Below the pieces are notes generated by a model that was not told the origin of the DNA, ran no database searches, and was given only the letters and a program-made list of their open reading frames with translations. From Haliotis rubra (lineage: Eukaryota), in assembly GCF_003918875.1 (NCBI RefSeq), contig NW_025766558.1, forward strand, positions 992,001 through 1,056,000: a DNA stretch of 64,000 bases, given 5' to 3'. Shown here piece after piece: positions 14,273-28,000 of the stretch (the stretch's first letter is position 1; each line of letters opens with the position of its first letter). The position numbers were made by a program, and so were the translations under genes.

Positions 14273-14669
14273 CGATGCACACAACACCAAGCAGCCAGTC
14301 AATGTTGTTGATTGTTGTCAACTGTTACCTTGCAGAGATGTAAAGCCGGATGAGACATCTTAAAATAAGGGAAGCTATGTCTATAAACACCTTGTTTATT
14401 CTAATAATGGTATATATGTAAATATATAATATATGCGTATAATATACATTTTAGCAACAACTGACTGAAGCACTAGATTCACAAAATAATCTCTATGACA
14501 TTCAACAAAATAAACTCACGAAAACAGTATAACAGTCTAACAACCTATTGGGCATGCATGGCGCCCGCAAACTCCCGAGACAATATCCAGTTAATTCGAA
14601 AGGGATAATATCCATCAATCTGTTCTAAGGGGAAGACATCCAGTTGTTAATTCTAACAGGACAATAACA

Positions 14670-15416
14670 AACTGTCAGTTCTAACGGGATAATATCCAAC
14701 TGTCAGTTCTAACGGGATAATATCCAACTGTCAGTTCTAACGGGATAAAATCCAACAGTCAGTTCTAACGGGATAATATCCAACTGTCAGTTCTAACGGG
14801 ATAATATCCAACTGTCAGTTCTAACGGGATAATATCCAATTGTCAGTTCTAACGGGATAATATCCAACTGTCAGTTCTAACGGGATAATATCCAACTGTC
14901 AGTTCTAACGGGATAATATCCAACTGTCAGTTCTAACGGGATAAAATCCAACAGTCAGTTCTAACGGGATAATATCCAACTGTCAGTTCTAACGGGATAA
15001 TATCCAACTGTCAGTTCTAACGGGATAATATCCAACTGTTAGTTCTAACGGGATAATATCCAACTGTCAGTTCTAACGGGATAATATCCAACTGTCAGTT
15101 CTAACAGGATAATATCCAACTGTCAGTTCTAACGGGATAATATCCAACTGTCAGTTCTAACGGGATAATATCCAACTGTCAGTTCTAACGGGATAATATC
15201 CAACTGTCAGTTCAAACGGGATAAAATCCAACTGTCAGTTCTAACGGGATAATATCCAACTGTCAGTTCTAACGGGATAATATCCAACTGTCAGTTCTAA
15301 CGGGATAATATCCAACTGTCAGTTCTAACGGGATAATATCGAACTGTCAGTTCTAACGGGATAATATCCAACTGTTAGTTCTAACGGGATAATATCCAAC
15401 TGTCAGTTCTAACGGG
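14670..15416. repeat. 28-bp minisatellite (AACTGTCAGTTCTAACGGGATAATATCC), ~26 copies
   Basis: Directly visible, highly homogeneous array with degenerate precursor units at 14580-14670. Confidence 0.97.
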
Positions 15417-17664
15417 CGCGGTTATTCATTGCCTGTATTTCATTAGTTGGTTTACGGACATTTTTGGTCAAAAGTCTGCATCGTTGGTAGAAACAAATAT
15501 GAAACATAGCAGTTTCAAAACAAATAGGTAGGTAAGTGGAAATATTAAAACGTAATGTTACAAGAATGTACATTTAATAGCCAGACACTGATTTGGGTAT
15601 TGGTGAATCGATAAATAATATTGGCGGTGGTTCAGGGGGTTCATGGGGTTCCTGCCCAGGTTTTTCTTGTCTTAGTTGCGATAGGGAAACGATCTGGGAT
15701 CGATATTCTCTGTAAGACTCTTGGATTGGGCACTTAGATATCTCCTTTCAAATGTGAATCTATTTTGTACATTCCTGTCGTTTCTGTTCAGTGGATCCGT
15801 AAACCAAATATATAAGAAATCTAACGCGTCAATAGTACTGGTGGTGAAACACGGTGCACAGCAAGGTGCAGGCCTTCCTTCCCAGCACTCTGTCGTCATG
15901 ATGGCTATAGATTAATAGCACTACTACACCTGTATGGAGACACACGATAATACGCCAGGCGACGACAGCACATTGACTCGTCACACATTACATTCGTTTA
16001 CCGTCTGCTATTCTCTGCATGGTCTGATGCTGTTGGTGAAATAATAGAAAACGTACACTTGGATAACTTGATGACGTTTGATCTTTACGTGTGGTAATAA
16101 CACTACTTAACTTAGGAATACAGGGGCTTGGTTGTAGCTTAAAATACGTCGTTTCCATGGCAATATCAGACACGGCGACATTTGAAATCAATGGGACAGG
16201 TTCAGCACCAACGGGCCGCTCAGTGTTTCCCTAGCAAAGGTTGAGCAGTACATTATATATCTAGTAGTAACTGATGGGGATCATGCATGGCACAGGTCGA
16301 CCAAGTCATTACAAGCCAATGTTCAGCTGCATACATTGAGAATGCTGGAGACAAATATATCATTCAAATTTTGATAGGAATACTAGTCATTCCACTACAG
16401 ACCAATGTTTACTTATGGTCTAGAAACACTTGCATATCTCTGTGCCCCTATTAATAGTTGAATAGTACACTACCTGTAATAGCTACCTGTTCACTAACGC
16501 AATCTCCGCCGCCCCCAAACTGCCGTGACTTCCTTACTTTTACACAGAAATGCCATATTTGTAGCACCATATGAAGTCGCTCTCCGGTAACCTGTATCAG
16601 CACCTCTAGAGGGCCCCTCTACAAATACAGTGCTGGTTTAGAAGACGTAATGCATGAGGTGCGACCGTCACATATGAAACCTGATGAAAACTTAAATGAC
16701 AGTCAAGAATGTATACAGAAGAAAGACATAGTTTGGGTTTTCCCGATGCCCAGAAGACCATGACCGTACCCCAATAAAGGCTCGCATCACGGTCATAGGT
16801 CCATATATAAAAGTCGTGAAACTGGATCTCCTAGAAACAGTATGGTCCATGCTGTTTTACAACACACAGCGGTTATTTACGCATACTCTACTCAACATGT
16901 TAGGTGCATACTCATAATACTGACACTTATGACTAGTAATACTTTTGCATGATCTGTTATCAATACTGAGGCTCTAATTAACGCTATACTGGCTCTCAAT
17001 ATCTTTGTCGTGTTAACATCCCTTCCTTGACACAGTTATATTGTCACTCCTGGCTAAATTGGAAGGTAATAGAATGAACTTACCTCCAAGTTATCGCATT
17101 TTACCTGAAACCTGACCCTCGTCTCGCGAGACAGGCGATATTACTAAGACCCCCTTACTGATGGTTTCTGTACGGCTGTGCGCAAGTCCAGGATGTACTT
17201 CCGGTCTCATGTCCCACGTGGTCTAGCTTTTCAAACCATGACACCAACATTTTACGGCACATTTGCTTCAATAAATACTTTGATTATTTTCCTTTTAAAT
17301 TCTAAGTTCTCTAGAATAGTTCTGAGATCGACCAGATCAGAAATCACCATTCCCGTTACAGAAGCAGTTTTAGATATTCATCCAGTAAAGATAAAATGGC
17401 CGTTCCTTAACATGACAAACAACAGTGACATGACAACAACCCAGTCATACCAATACAGTTAGGCCCTTTCTCTGGTTCTATGATAGATACATCTATGAAT
17501 TCTTGCAATCAAAGTTTGCTTTAACATTTTCTGAAACTGTAAGTGAACAATATTGACATTTACTAATGAGTCATGTGCAATGATTGGCGTCCATCTAAGA
17601 CCGTTCTGGGATAGGTATTCATATCGCAGCTTCCCGGAAACTGGGCCAACTGCACTGGGAGCAG

Positions 17665-20600
17665 CTACTCGGTGAGATCGCTGTAGTCCAGGAAGTTCTT
17701 GAGAACATGAGGCAGTTTCAGCTGCCGAATCTTGTTGGTGATGATCTTCCCGGGCCCTAATTCTGCCCTGATCTGCTTCCGACAAAGACAAAGCAGAGAC
17801 TGTGGCGCCTGGATGTGCTCTTGGACACTGGACAGGAAGGTCTTGTTGATGGACGCTAACTTGTCCGACTCGGACAGATGAGATCGTAGAACATTGGCAG
17901 CCTCCTCACAATATGTGCTGATTAGCCAAACGATGACTTGAAGTTTTTGTTTGTGCAGAGCGTGCTCAATAGCGTTGCATGGCCCACAGGAATTGCTTAG
18001 CGCGGATCTCATGTTGAACCTACAGTTTGATCTCAGCAACAACTTCAGATTTTCCATGGAAGACTGGTCGACGGCAAACCACAACGGTAATGTTCCTGCA
18101 TCGTCCTCAATATCCGGGTCGGCTCCGTAATCCAACAACATTGACAGCAGAAGAGGGTGGTTGTAGAAGACGGCTTCGTTGAGTGCTGTCATGCCGTGAA
18201 GGCCACGATAGGTTGTCTTGCATCCCGCCTGCAGCAGCAGCCGGGCGGTCGTTACCTGCTTGGTGTGCACTGAGCTGATCAGTGGCGTGATTCCATCATT
18301 GTTCTGGGCGTTGATGTCAAAGCCTCTGGTGATCAGTTCTTGACAGCAGTCCTCGTTTCCGCCAGCGGCAGCATAGTGCAAGAGACTGTGGCCATTGTTT
18401 GGTCTTTTGTGGAGATCAGCACCGCTGGTTATCAGATACTTCATAACCTGTACATGCCCCTTGAGGGCAGCCATGTGTACTGGCGTACATCCCAGAGAGT
18501 CTTGACTATCGATTCTCGCTCCTGCGTTCAACAGAAGACTACAACATTTGAGTTTGCCTCGTTCTGCCGCCAGGTGGAGGGCGATACGCTTGTTGTAAGC
18601 CACCATATTAACATTGCACTTCCAATCTATGAGCATAGCCACAACGTCATCATGACCATTCATGGCGGCCATCATGAGCGGTGTGAAGCGGCGGATGTCC
18701 TGAGCGTCTATCTCGGCTCCGTTCTGCAGGAGTATCCCGCAGCAGACGCTGTCGCCATGTTGTGCCGCGTAGTGGAGGGCGGTGGCGGCGCTGTGGCTCA
18801 TGCGGTTCACGTCACACTTGTTGGACAGAAACAACTTCAACAGCTCCACATAGCCCTTCTCGGCAGCACATATCAAGGGAGTATTGCCAAATGTATCTTC
18901 TTCCTCTAAATCTGCCTTGGCACTCACTAAAAACCTGCAGACACTCAAATGTCCATTTTCTGTTGCACAGTGTAGGGCGGTTCTCTCGTGGTATCCTCTC
19001 CGTCTGACAGAGGCGTGGAAGGCAAGCAATCGCTTCACGACTGGCAAGTGGCCATTCATAGCGGCGAGGATGAGTGGAGTGTCCTCTTGCGTGTTTCTTG
19101 CATTAATATCTGCATTGGCATTGATAAGACATTGTACACAATCAACATGTCCGTCTGCGGAGGCGTTGTGTAGCGGTGTGTTCCCCAAAGGCCCACTAGG
19201 AGACGAGGCATAGCAGTGCGACTGCAGCAGCTGCTCCACAATAGGTGCTGAGCCCAGTTTGGCTGCCACTGCAAGAGGTGTGAAGTGATCAGCATCCCGA
19301 ATCTCGGTTGGAACTCCAAACTTCAAGATGGCGGCCACGCATCTCGGACACTCCTGGTTGATAACACCAAACAGCTCCTGGTGCAGCCCCTCTTCACTGA
19401 TGCCGCTGTTGACGACGGAGGCAACCAGTCGACAGTCATGCTGTTCCACGTCACTGAAGGCACTGCAAGAGAAGCTGGAAGTCAGACATGTTATGTATAA
19501 GTTTTGATATTAAGTGGGTCAGTACAATACAACAGTATCCCTGTTACATGACGGTCTGGTTTACAGAGGTACCCACGGAGGAACTGTTCAGCCTGGAATA
19601 CCCACATGGGCGGCGTTTACGGGGGAACCCTCGAGTAAGAATTCAGCCTCTAATACCCACATGGGCGGCGTCTATAAATCATATCTCTCTTACCAACGGT
19701 AAAGTCCTAGCTGGTAGTATTTGCAAGCAAACGGCCGTACATAAACCGTTCCAATCGGAGATATGGGTGTACCGTTGGTACGGTGTGTACTTTTACTGAC
19801 AACCGGAAGTCGGTCCTACAGAATATCCTACAGAGTAAATTAAAAACGAGTCAAGCTCAAATCTATAATGACTGGACAGGTTTTGATTGGCTGAAGAAGT
19901 GGTCTGGGATCCCTTCGGGTTTTTTTAAAATATACATGTATTTTTAATTAAGATAACTGTAATTCCGGGGGTAAATGTCAGTCCAGACAACCAACTGCCG
20001 GGACTTTTACAGTAACAAATTACAGTGTAGTTTCTGATACTACCTTCCTGACACACTGTTTCCGGCTATCACACACACCTGCATCTTGTCAGAGACCCTC
20101 ACATGCTGTCCTAATGTGGATCAAGGCCGACCCTAACACGATATCAGGAAAGCGGGAATAAGGCCGGCGCGTCGTGTCTCGCTCCAACTATACAGTATCT
20201 AACACCTCATGCCGCGTCACGAGTCAAACTAATTCCTTGTCATGCACTATTACTAAATATACAGCATCGCTATTGTTGTCACACATATTTGTCATATTCA
20301 TAATTACCTACGAGACGTGTAAGGAGCGGTTCATAATTTATGGCTAGGGGGTGGGTGTGTGATGATGATTATATCAGTCATAGGTTCTTCCTTAGACACA
20401 ATCCGCCACTACACGGGATAGAATTGTTTGTTTGTTTGTTTGTTGTATTCCAGCTATGTGACGGCGGTCTGTAAATAATCGAGTCTGGGCCAGACAGACC
20501 AGTGATCAACAGCACGAGCATCGATCTAGGCAATTGGGATACGATGACATGTGTCAACCAAGTCAGCGAGCCTAACCACCCGATCCCGTTAGTCGCCCCG

Positions 20601-21696
20601 TACGACAAGCTAACATGGGTTAATGCAGACAATTCTACCCCGGATCTTCACGGGTCGGATCGTAAAGTGAGTGAGTGAGGGGTACGCGGGAAGGATGTGC
20701 TGCAAAGATGCATATTTACGTAGATGTCCGGGCGCACATTTTTAAAAGGAAATTGTAGAAATTTACAGAAACATGTCAGGGAAAATGAGTAATATAAAAT
20801 GGTTATTTTCAACGAAAACAATTTTACATCCTCAAAACCCAGGTGCACTGGAGGATGTAAAACTGGAGCTGACGATACTTTTCTCCTTCCGCCCTAGCAT
20901 GGAGATTCCTGGGCACATACATCAACCGACATCCAAACACATGGATTATATATTCGTATTCATTACTATCCAAGACCTCGTTTCATCTGTGAGAAACACG
21001 TAGCTGTGATGAAACGTGTTTGGAACATTGAACTTCTTACAAACGGTGCGTAGATAACATTTAACCATTCAACATGTATACGTGCACACATACAACACCA
21101 AGTGTCTACAGATCTCACCTCATATTGTTGGTAAACCTATCGAACGAACTGCAAGGAATCTCCCACTGTGTCACCCTATGTATACATGTAATGCTTGAAG
21201 CACGCGACCTCATCTAATATTCTTGGAATAATGGTTCAGTGGGATCGGTCCGTGTAACTATGTGTACGGCGGAGTGGTGCAGACGGCGAGTCAACGCTGA
21301 CGGCCTCCATCCATCCAGTCTAACGCAGATGTAAACATGTCTAGTACGATGCAGTATTAAGGCCGAGATGTATTCCCCGCAATCCCGCGCGAGAAGGTAT
21401 CACGATGCTCTAATGACAGGATACGGGGATGATATATCAATATTTATCTGAATTTTATCAAAATGACGCGACTCAAATATGTAGTAGCTAAATTTACGCA
21501 CGCACATTCCTAAGTAGAAGTCGGTTGGAGCTGAGATGGTAAACAGGCTGATATAAATAGCATTTCGTCTGGGGTAAACAACACTGACCCGGGCTGAGAA
21601 CACGACTCGGCCATTGCCATAGACGATGAAAATATCAGTTACAGGCTGATGTTGCACAGTTTCGTGCACGGCGTGCTGTGTGTACACTCACCTCAT
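17665..21696 (-). CDS. Ankyrin repeat and SOCS box protein (ASB-type Cullin5 E3 substrate receptor), ~600 aa
   Basis: About 14 ankyrin repeats (TPLHxAAxxG pattern) and a C-terminal SOCS box (PQSLLCLCRKQIRAELG...IRQLKLPHVLKNFL). The ORF-track start is GTG. The likely true start is a micro-exon ATG AG at 21696-21692 (|gtgagt) spliced to ctcttgcag|T at 19462, giving MSAFSDVEQH in frame. Main coding exon is 19462-17665. Confidence 0.9.
20427..20656 (-). mobile_element. SINE family B
   Basis: Full-length match to copies at 22721 and 33452, with an (aaac)n tail; lies in the ASB intron. Confidence 0.85.
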
Positions 21697-22720
21697 TTTG
21701 ACACACAAATGGAAGATTCACTGTCACTGCACGTACTGTGCATTTCCAGTCAGGTCGAGCGTGTCACTGTAAACACCAGTCGAATCACGGTTCCTCGTCA
21801 TAATGAGATCATGTGATCAATACGATTAAAGGGGCATAACTCCATGGATCTTATCGTCAAAGCAGTAATCCATCGTTCGTGTTGGTGGCAGATATTATTA
21901 GGATGCTGACCCCACTATCCTGAATCCCGAAAACCACCTTAAGTTTCCACCCCGTTTGCTCACCTCTGAATCACAAATACTAATGAGCACAACTTTGAAC
22001 ACTTCAGAATTCACTCAACGAAGTCTGAATGTCGATCACAGAGGACACTCATCCATGTTCATGAATGGGTAGCGAGTTGAAGATAGAATTACTACAAAAG
22101 TATTGAAAATGCGAAGGAATTTCTATGTACACCATTTTTTAAAAGGACAGTTGAACCAGCGTACCTCAAGCAATTTTATTTGAGTCCCGCGTGCCACATC
22201 AATTAATTCCATATACCATACCCTTAAAGGGGCACTGATCCAGAGCAATTTCCGTGGACTGGTTGTTGCTTTTGTTATTGTTTTTCTCCCGTGAGTACCC
22301 GGATGATATCCCAGAATTCATGACTGGTTCGTTACCTCTGCTGCGCCACCATCATGCGCAATTGATAGTACAAGTATAGACTGATCAACTACTCGATAAT
22401 ATTTCCATCTTCATTATTTTGATAACAAATGAAAACATTTTGAAGTTTAACCATCTGCCAGTGGTAAAAAATGTTAGGACTGAAATAACGAAGTCAATGT
22501 ACGTCTTTATATTTTGTCTTATAATCCTAATTAGTTTATTATACTAATTAGTATTTGTATGCATTTTGAAACTTAATAAAATGCACACGATCTGCTTATA
22601 CTTAGTGAATTTATAACATGACTGTAATATCTAAACATTTCATAGATTGCCAACATGAATCACATTTCACACACACGCCCTAAGTGCGAACTAGTGTATG
22701 TTATCTGTCTCATTACACTT

Positions 22721-22912
22721 CGACTAACGGGATCGGGTGGTCAGGCTCGCTGACTTGGTTGACACATGTCATCGGTTCCCAATTGCGCAGATCGATGTTC
22801 GTGCTGTTGATCACTGGATCGTCTGGTCCAGACTCGATTATTTACAGACCGCCGCCATATAGCTGGAATTTTAGCTGAGTGCGGCATAAAACTAAATTCA
22901 CTTACTCACTCA
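22721..22912 (+). mobile_element. SINE family B (5'-truncated)
   Basis: gactaacgggatcgggtggtcaggctcgctgacttggttgacac...gcggcataaaactaaattcacttactcactca. Confidence 0.85.
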
Positions 22913-23211
22913 TTACACTTCACGGCAAAACAAAAATAAATGATTCTGTTGAAAGCTAACCCCGAATCCTGCATACCTGAAGGGAAGGACATCCGTAACG
23001 CAATAAAAATGTCGCAGTTTATTTTTCAACACCATTATGAATATAATTTCGGATTGAATGCTACAATATCTTATTCCTTCGTTAATTATAGTCTTTGTGT
23101 ACTGCCAATTTCCATTCAATTCATTTTTAAGTAGCTAGGTCAATGCCGTGTTCGATTTCATTGTTTAATATTGTTTTATTTTTTACATTATCTCAAGTGT
23201 GTATTACGTAG

Positions 23212-23303
23212 AGGGTAATGTCCGAGTAACTCTCCATTCCTTAAAAATGGTGGAGCCGAGGCACATTATTTTTAAGGAATGGAGAGTTACGAGGATATTA
23301 CCC
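23212..23303. repeat. Palindromic hairpin element
   Basis: gggtaat.tcc.agtaactctccattccttaaaaat ... atttttaaggaatggagagttacgaggatattaccc; probably the core of a non-autonomous element. Confidence 0.7.
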
Positions 23304-25015
23304 AACTTACATTATATTCAAAGTATTGGGAATATTTCTGTTATCAAAATTAAATGTCAAAACGACAAAATAATGGCTTTAATTTGAAAATGGTACACAT
23401 CGCTCCATTCCTGAAAAGTAAACGAGCGAGCAGACAATGGAATGAAGTCACAAATGTAATTTATTGGCAGTACTATTAATCAAATTAAGGTTTGACCTCT
23501 TAAAATATGTTAACAACTGTAATCATTTCGACGTTTGGTTTGTGCTCTTGACATACGTACATAAAAATAATCAATCACTTTTACTTGCGATCAGCAAGAC
23601 TTAGTGATTACTGGTTGATTACCTCCCTTGAAGGAAGTTTTGGAGTTATCCCCCTTTTTCGATCAGACGTTTAATTGTTTATTCAGTTTATTTTTGGCGT
23701 CAGTTCTACAGTATACGTCGTAGTAGATCTCATCAAGCCAGACAAACTGTAAGTTTACTGTTAAGGTTATTTCTGCTCCTTTTTATATTAAATCATTTAC
23801 GTTATGTTAGTAACTGCCCGTCTATACCCAGTACTGTGACACAGAAATGTAGACCTAGAGATAAAAACATATTCTCGTGTTATGGTTTTCGGGCACTTAA
23901 GAACATCCTATGTCGTCTCGTTTATCACTAATTTTTAAAGATAATTTTATCGTAAACACAAGCCATCACAATGGCTTTGTGAGGCAACACTGCTCGATAC
24001 AGTCCGAGTGAGCACCACCGTCGCAAAACCTATGATCCGACGCCGGATAGTAACCCCTGTGTGTGTAGGCTACATTATCATAAATGGGATATATTTTGAT
24101 CAGTTAATTTTCTAGAACACTGACTGATTGTTATGCAAAATGTGCTGAAGGTTTCCGGAAAATGTTACACGTCTCAAAAAGCAAAATCACTCAATATTCG
24201 TGTAATATGTCATGCCTATATCCTGATCGTTTGGGGCAGAGATATAGTCCTAAGGATGTTCCACTCATTCCCATTAAAACATTTCACAAGAGAGAAAGTT
24301 TTAATTCTTGGTCAGAAGACTGACAAGCATAGGGAAAGGAATGGAGATCCTTCATGTTTTGCTGTGTACCCCTATGGTGTTGGTCGCCGCTCATGGTGTC
24401 AGTCACTTGTCCAGACTCATTAAATTACATGCAGTCGTGATGGCTTGGGTGTGGCTCTCCGCGATGTAGACAATAGGGAGAAGGGTTGGAGAGGCAATAT
24501 TATCTTATTAACTTAAAACTATCATTTGTCGATGTTTTATCCGTAAATACGATACGCCTCATTCACACGTGTATATAATTTTCCGCATCATCAAAGTTTT
24601 GTAAAACAAATTGTGTTTGTTTATTATGGCCCACTTGAATTTGACAAAAAAGAACCACATTTCAATCAGAATATGTGAAACAAAACAAACTGCAACAGGA
24701 CACTGTATTTGTGGTATCTACATTTGGTAAACGATCCGTTCAAAGTTTTCATGTATAATCAGCTATATATATTGATCTTAAAAACACCTCATTTGTTTCA
24801 AACAAGCCCATTTTGTGTGTTACTTTTAGGCTCACATTCTTTCTATATTTATGTCAGAATCATTCCAGGTGTCAAAATTATAGCTTCATAGCCATCGCTT
24901 TCAATTAGACATATCTTTAATAACTTTATTATTCACACAATTTAGACTATTACCTCTACGTTGCAGGAAACAGTTGAAGTGTTTGGACCTGAAGCTGGTC
25001 ACCAGGCATGCTGGC

Positions 25016-28000
25016 ATGCATCATCTCCCAATTTATGAATCAGTTGTTGAGGTTGTATCAAGAAGGGTCCTATATTCCTTAGTTTGTGAATTAATGTTCA
25101 GCAAATATTAAAGGCTTACGTTAGTAAAAGCAATGTTTTAACTAAATTAGAGCAATTACTTGGGATGTTTGAATAGCCGACTGTTTATTCAATACCTTAT
25201 ATTGTTTGCACTAGGTTATACAAGCGTTGCTGCTGTCGTTTCCTCTTGCTGACTTTGATGCATCTGGTTGCAATATAGCTGTTGACATCAAAGCCAAGAA
25301 AAAGGTTAATCCTGACAATGACAGACAGGTGTTTTATGTTCGGGGTAAGTCAGCTTACATCACATATCAGGGGTATTTGATCTGACATTTACAACAGGAA
25401 ATCTTTTTCCAGTCCTGTAAAACTTGAAGAATACACACTGACATAAATACAAATTCAGGCTGTGTCAATAATATGTATTAACAAAACGAAACAAAACTGA
25501 CACATAAATGTTCAATTTTCAGTATCAAGTAGTCAAGACTTGGATTTGGAAACTCTTTTTAAAGGTATTCATATGGTTTCATAGTAGTAGAAATTACTCA
25601 CTTACATTCAACGCCAAATTCCAAGAAATGGGCGCACCTTGGGCGCACTATTATTTACTTAAATAGTAGTACTGCATAGCAGTCGTTTTGCTAATTACAT
25701 ATGAAAATGATGATTATTGACAATACCTTTTTCTTAATATCTTTAAATACACAACCTCTATGAACTCCAGTGTATGTTCCATGTATATTTGCAAAAATAT
25801 AGCAAATATACTCTCACGGATGGGAACGCAGATTTACAAATTACACCTCAGAAACACCATGCAGATTGACACATTTATGGTGCAGAAACGCGTGTTTCTT
25901 TGTGATGAATAATTTTTGGGGCATGGTTTGATTATTATTCACCATGCCCTTACTGGACAATGTGGAAACATTGTCTCACATGCAATGTTATAAATGTTTG
26001 TTGTGATAGAAAAGGTCCTGACACGATTTGCCGAGGTTCTGCTGTACATGCAATGTGGGGAGGAGGAGGGTCACTTGTCGGTACAGCGGCCATGTCGGGA
26101 GGAGACAGGCAGCAGTGTACACGAGGTCTTCTGGCTGGAACAGACAAATCTTGGAGACATGACCCTCAAATGTCAGCATTCTTCACAGACTCAAAATACA
26201 GACTTCACCGAAACACCGCCCCGTTTTGTCATACATTTCAGGGTATGTATGTCAAGTCCTGAATAACTACCCCATATGGGACCTGGTATGTATGTCAAGT
26301 CCTGAATAACTACCCTATATGGGACCTGGTATGTATGTCAAGTCCTGTCATAGTGGGACCTGAATAACTACCCTATATGGGACCTGGTATGTATGTCAAG
26401 TCCTGAATAACTACCCCATATGGGACCTGGTATGTATGTCAAGTCCTGAATAACTACCCTATATGGGACCTGGTATGTATGTCAAGTCCTGAATAACTAC
26501 CCTATATGGGACCTGGTATGTATGTCAAGTCCTGAATAACTACCCCCTGGTATGGGACCTCCCTATATGGGACCTGGTATGTATGTCAAGTCCTGAATAA
26601 CTACCCCATATGGGACCTGGTATGTATGTCAAGTCCTGAATAACTACCCTATATGGGACCTGGTATGTATGTCAAGTCCTGAATAACTACCCTATATGGG
26701 ACCTGGTATGTATGTCAAGTCCTGAATAACTACCCTATATGAGACCTCACCAAATGTTGTTGGGACCTGGTATGTAGTCAAGTCCCACCCTATATGACTT
26801 TGTATTTCAGCAACCCATGATTGCAGTAAGAGGTGATGAGACCTCACCAAATGTTGGTCAACTGGTCAGCTGGTCAGAATCATGGATCTGGTTGATGCAT
26901 GTCATGGATCTTATAGACCAACACTGCTTAGATGGATGAACATGGAGACTTTCTGGGTTTCATCTGCTTTTTATTGTTTGGTGCAACGTTTCAGGGTTCT
27001 AAAAGAAGATGAAACCCAGAAAAGTCTCTATGTTCATAAAATAGCATCATCTAAAATGCCAATCAAACGTCTAATGCTTAGATGGATGTCTCTAACTGGA
27101 CTGGATGCTCCAGACTCGATCATCTAAAGACCCCGGGGCATATTGCTAAAATACAGTAACATAATTTATTTTTCTATTAAGACTGGTGAAGACAGGTGGT
27201 ATATCTGCGTTCATTACTGACACATTTTCTATTGAGATAGAAGTCTGTTCCACATGGAAACTTACTTACAAATGACTGACATAAGTTCTAAATCTGTTTG
27301 TGATTCATCTACACCTATTTCAGATCGTTCAGAGCGAAAGCCACATCATGTCAGAAGGACAGCTTATACACAGGTTCTTACACAAACTGAAATTCCTACA
27401 CGGAAAGGTTTGCTTCAATTTGAAATTTCTAAATACACAAGAATTACAACGGTTGGTTCACTCATGATGGGTGTTAACTGGCATGTTTGAAATAACTATA
27501 ATCTCCCGCAACAGATGATTCATGGAGATGAGTGAGTCCGCTAGATAAAGTACAAGAATATGGTTAAATAGTTGTCAAACTTCGTTATAGAAGTTTTATT
27601 ATATCTTCATGTTTTAACAAATTACATGCGAGTTGAAATTTTCTGGTTCCGTTTGTTGCATCAGTAATATATGTTTTAGCTGGACACCACATTTTCCATG
27701 AAAGTGTGTGGAGCAGTATGTCAAACCGATTTCAGGTAAGGTGTATGTTTTCAGGTATATAACTGGTATATAACAGCAATACTTTAGACTCGTTAAAGTC
27801 TACCTGTGTTTTGCGTAATTAGCACATATCTTTCCTTCTCTTATGGGTCAATTTTAACGTTTATGATTATGAACTATTTTAGTTCGAAATGTAATCGATT
27901 TCATTTCTAAATTAGACCAGGCACTCAAAGGTTTCATATTTATCCCATAGACAGTTGTCAGATAAATTTAAAACTCAAATTTTACTTCAGAAATTAAAGT

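Noticed and set aside
18340-19213. Plus-strand ORFs of 109-189 aa
   Set aside because: Antisense shadows of the ASB coding exon.
26960-27000. Penelope-like end or hammerhead ribozyme (gaaacgttgcaccaaacaataaaa on the minus strand)
   Set aside because: The CUGANGA core is not present, so no ribozyme can be built.
27513-27530. Micro-exon ATGATTCATGGAGATGA|gtgagt in TOP6BL
   Set aside because: It is not needed. The 27451-to-28090 junction keeps frame and preserves the HxKVxF-like motif, whereas joining it after 27451 gives an immediate stop.
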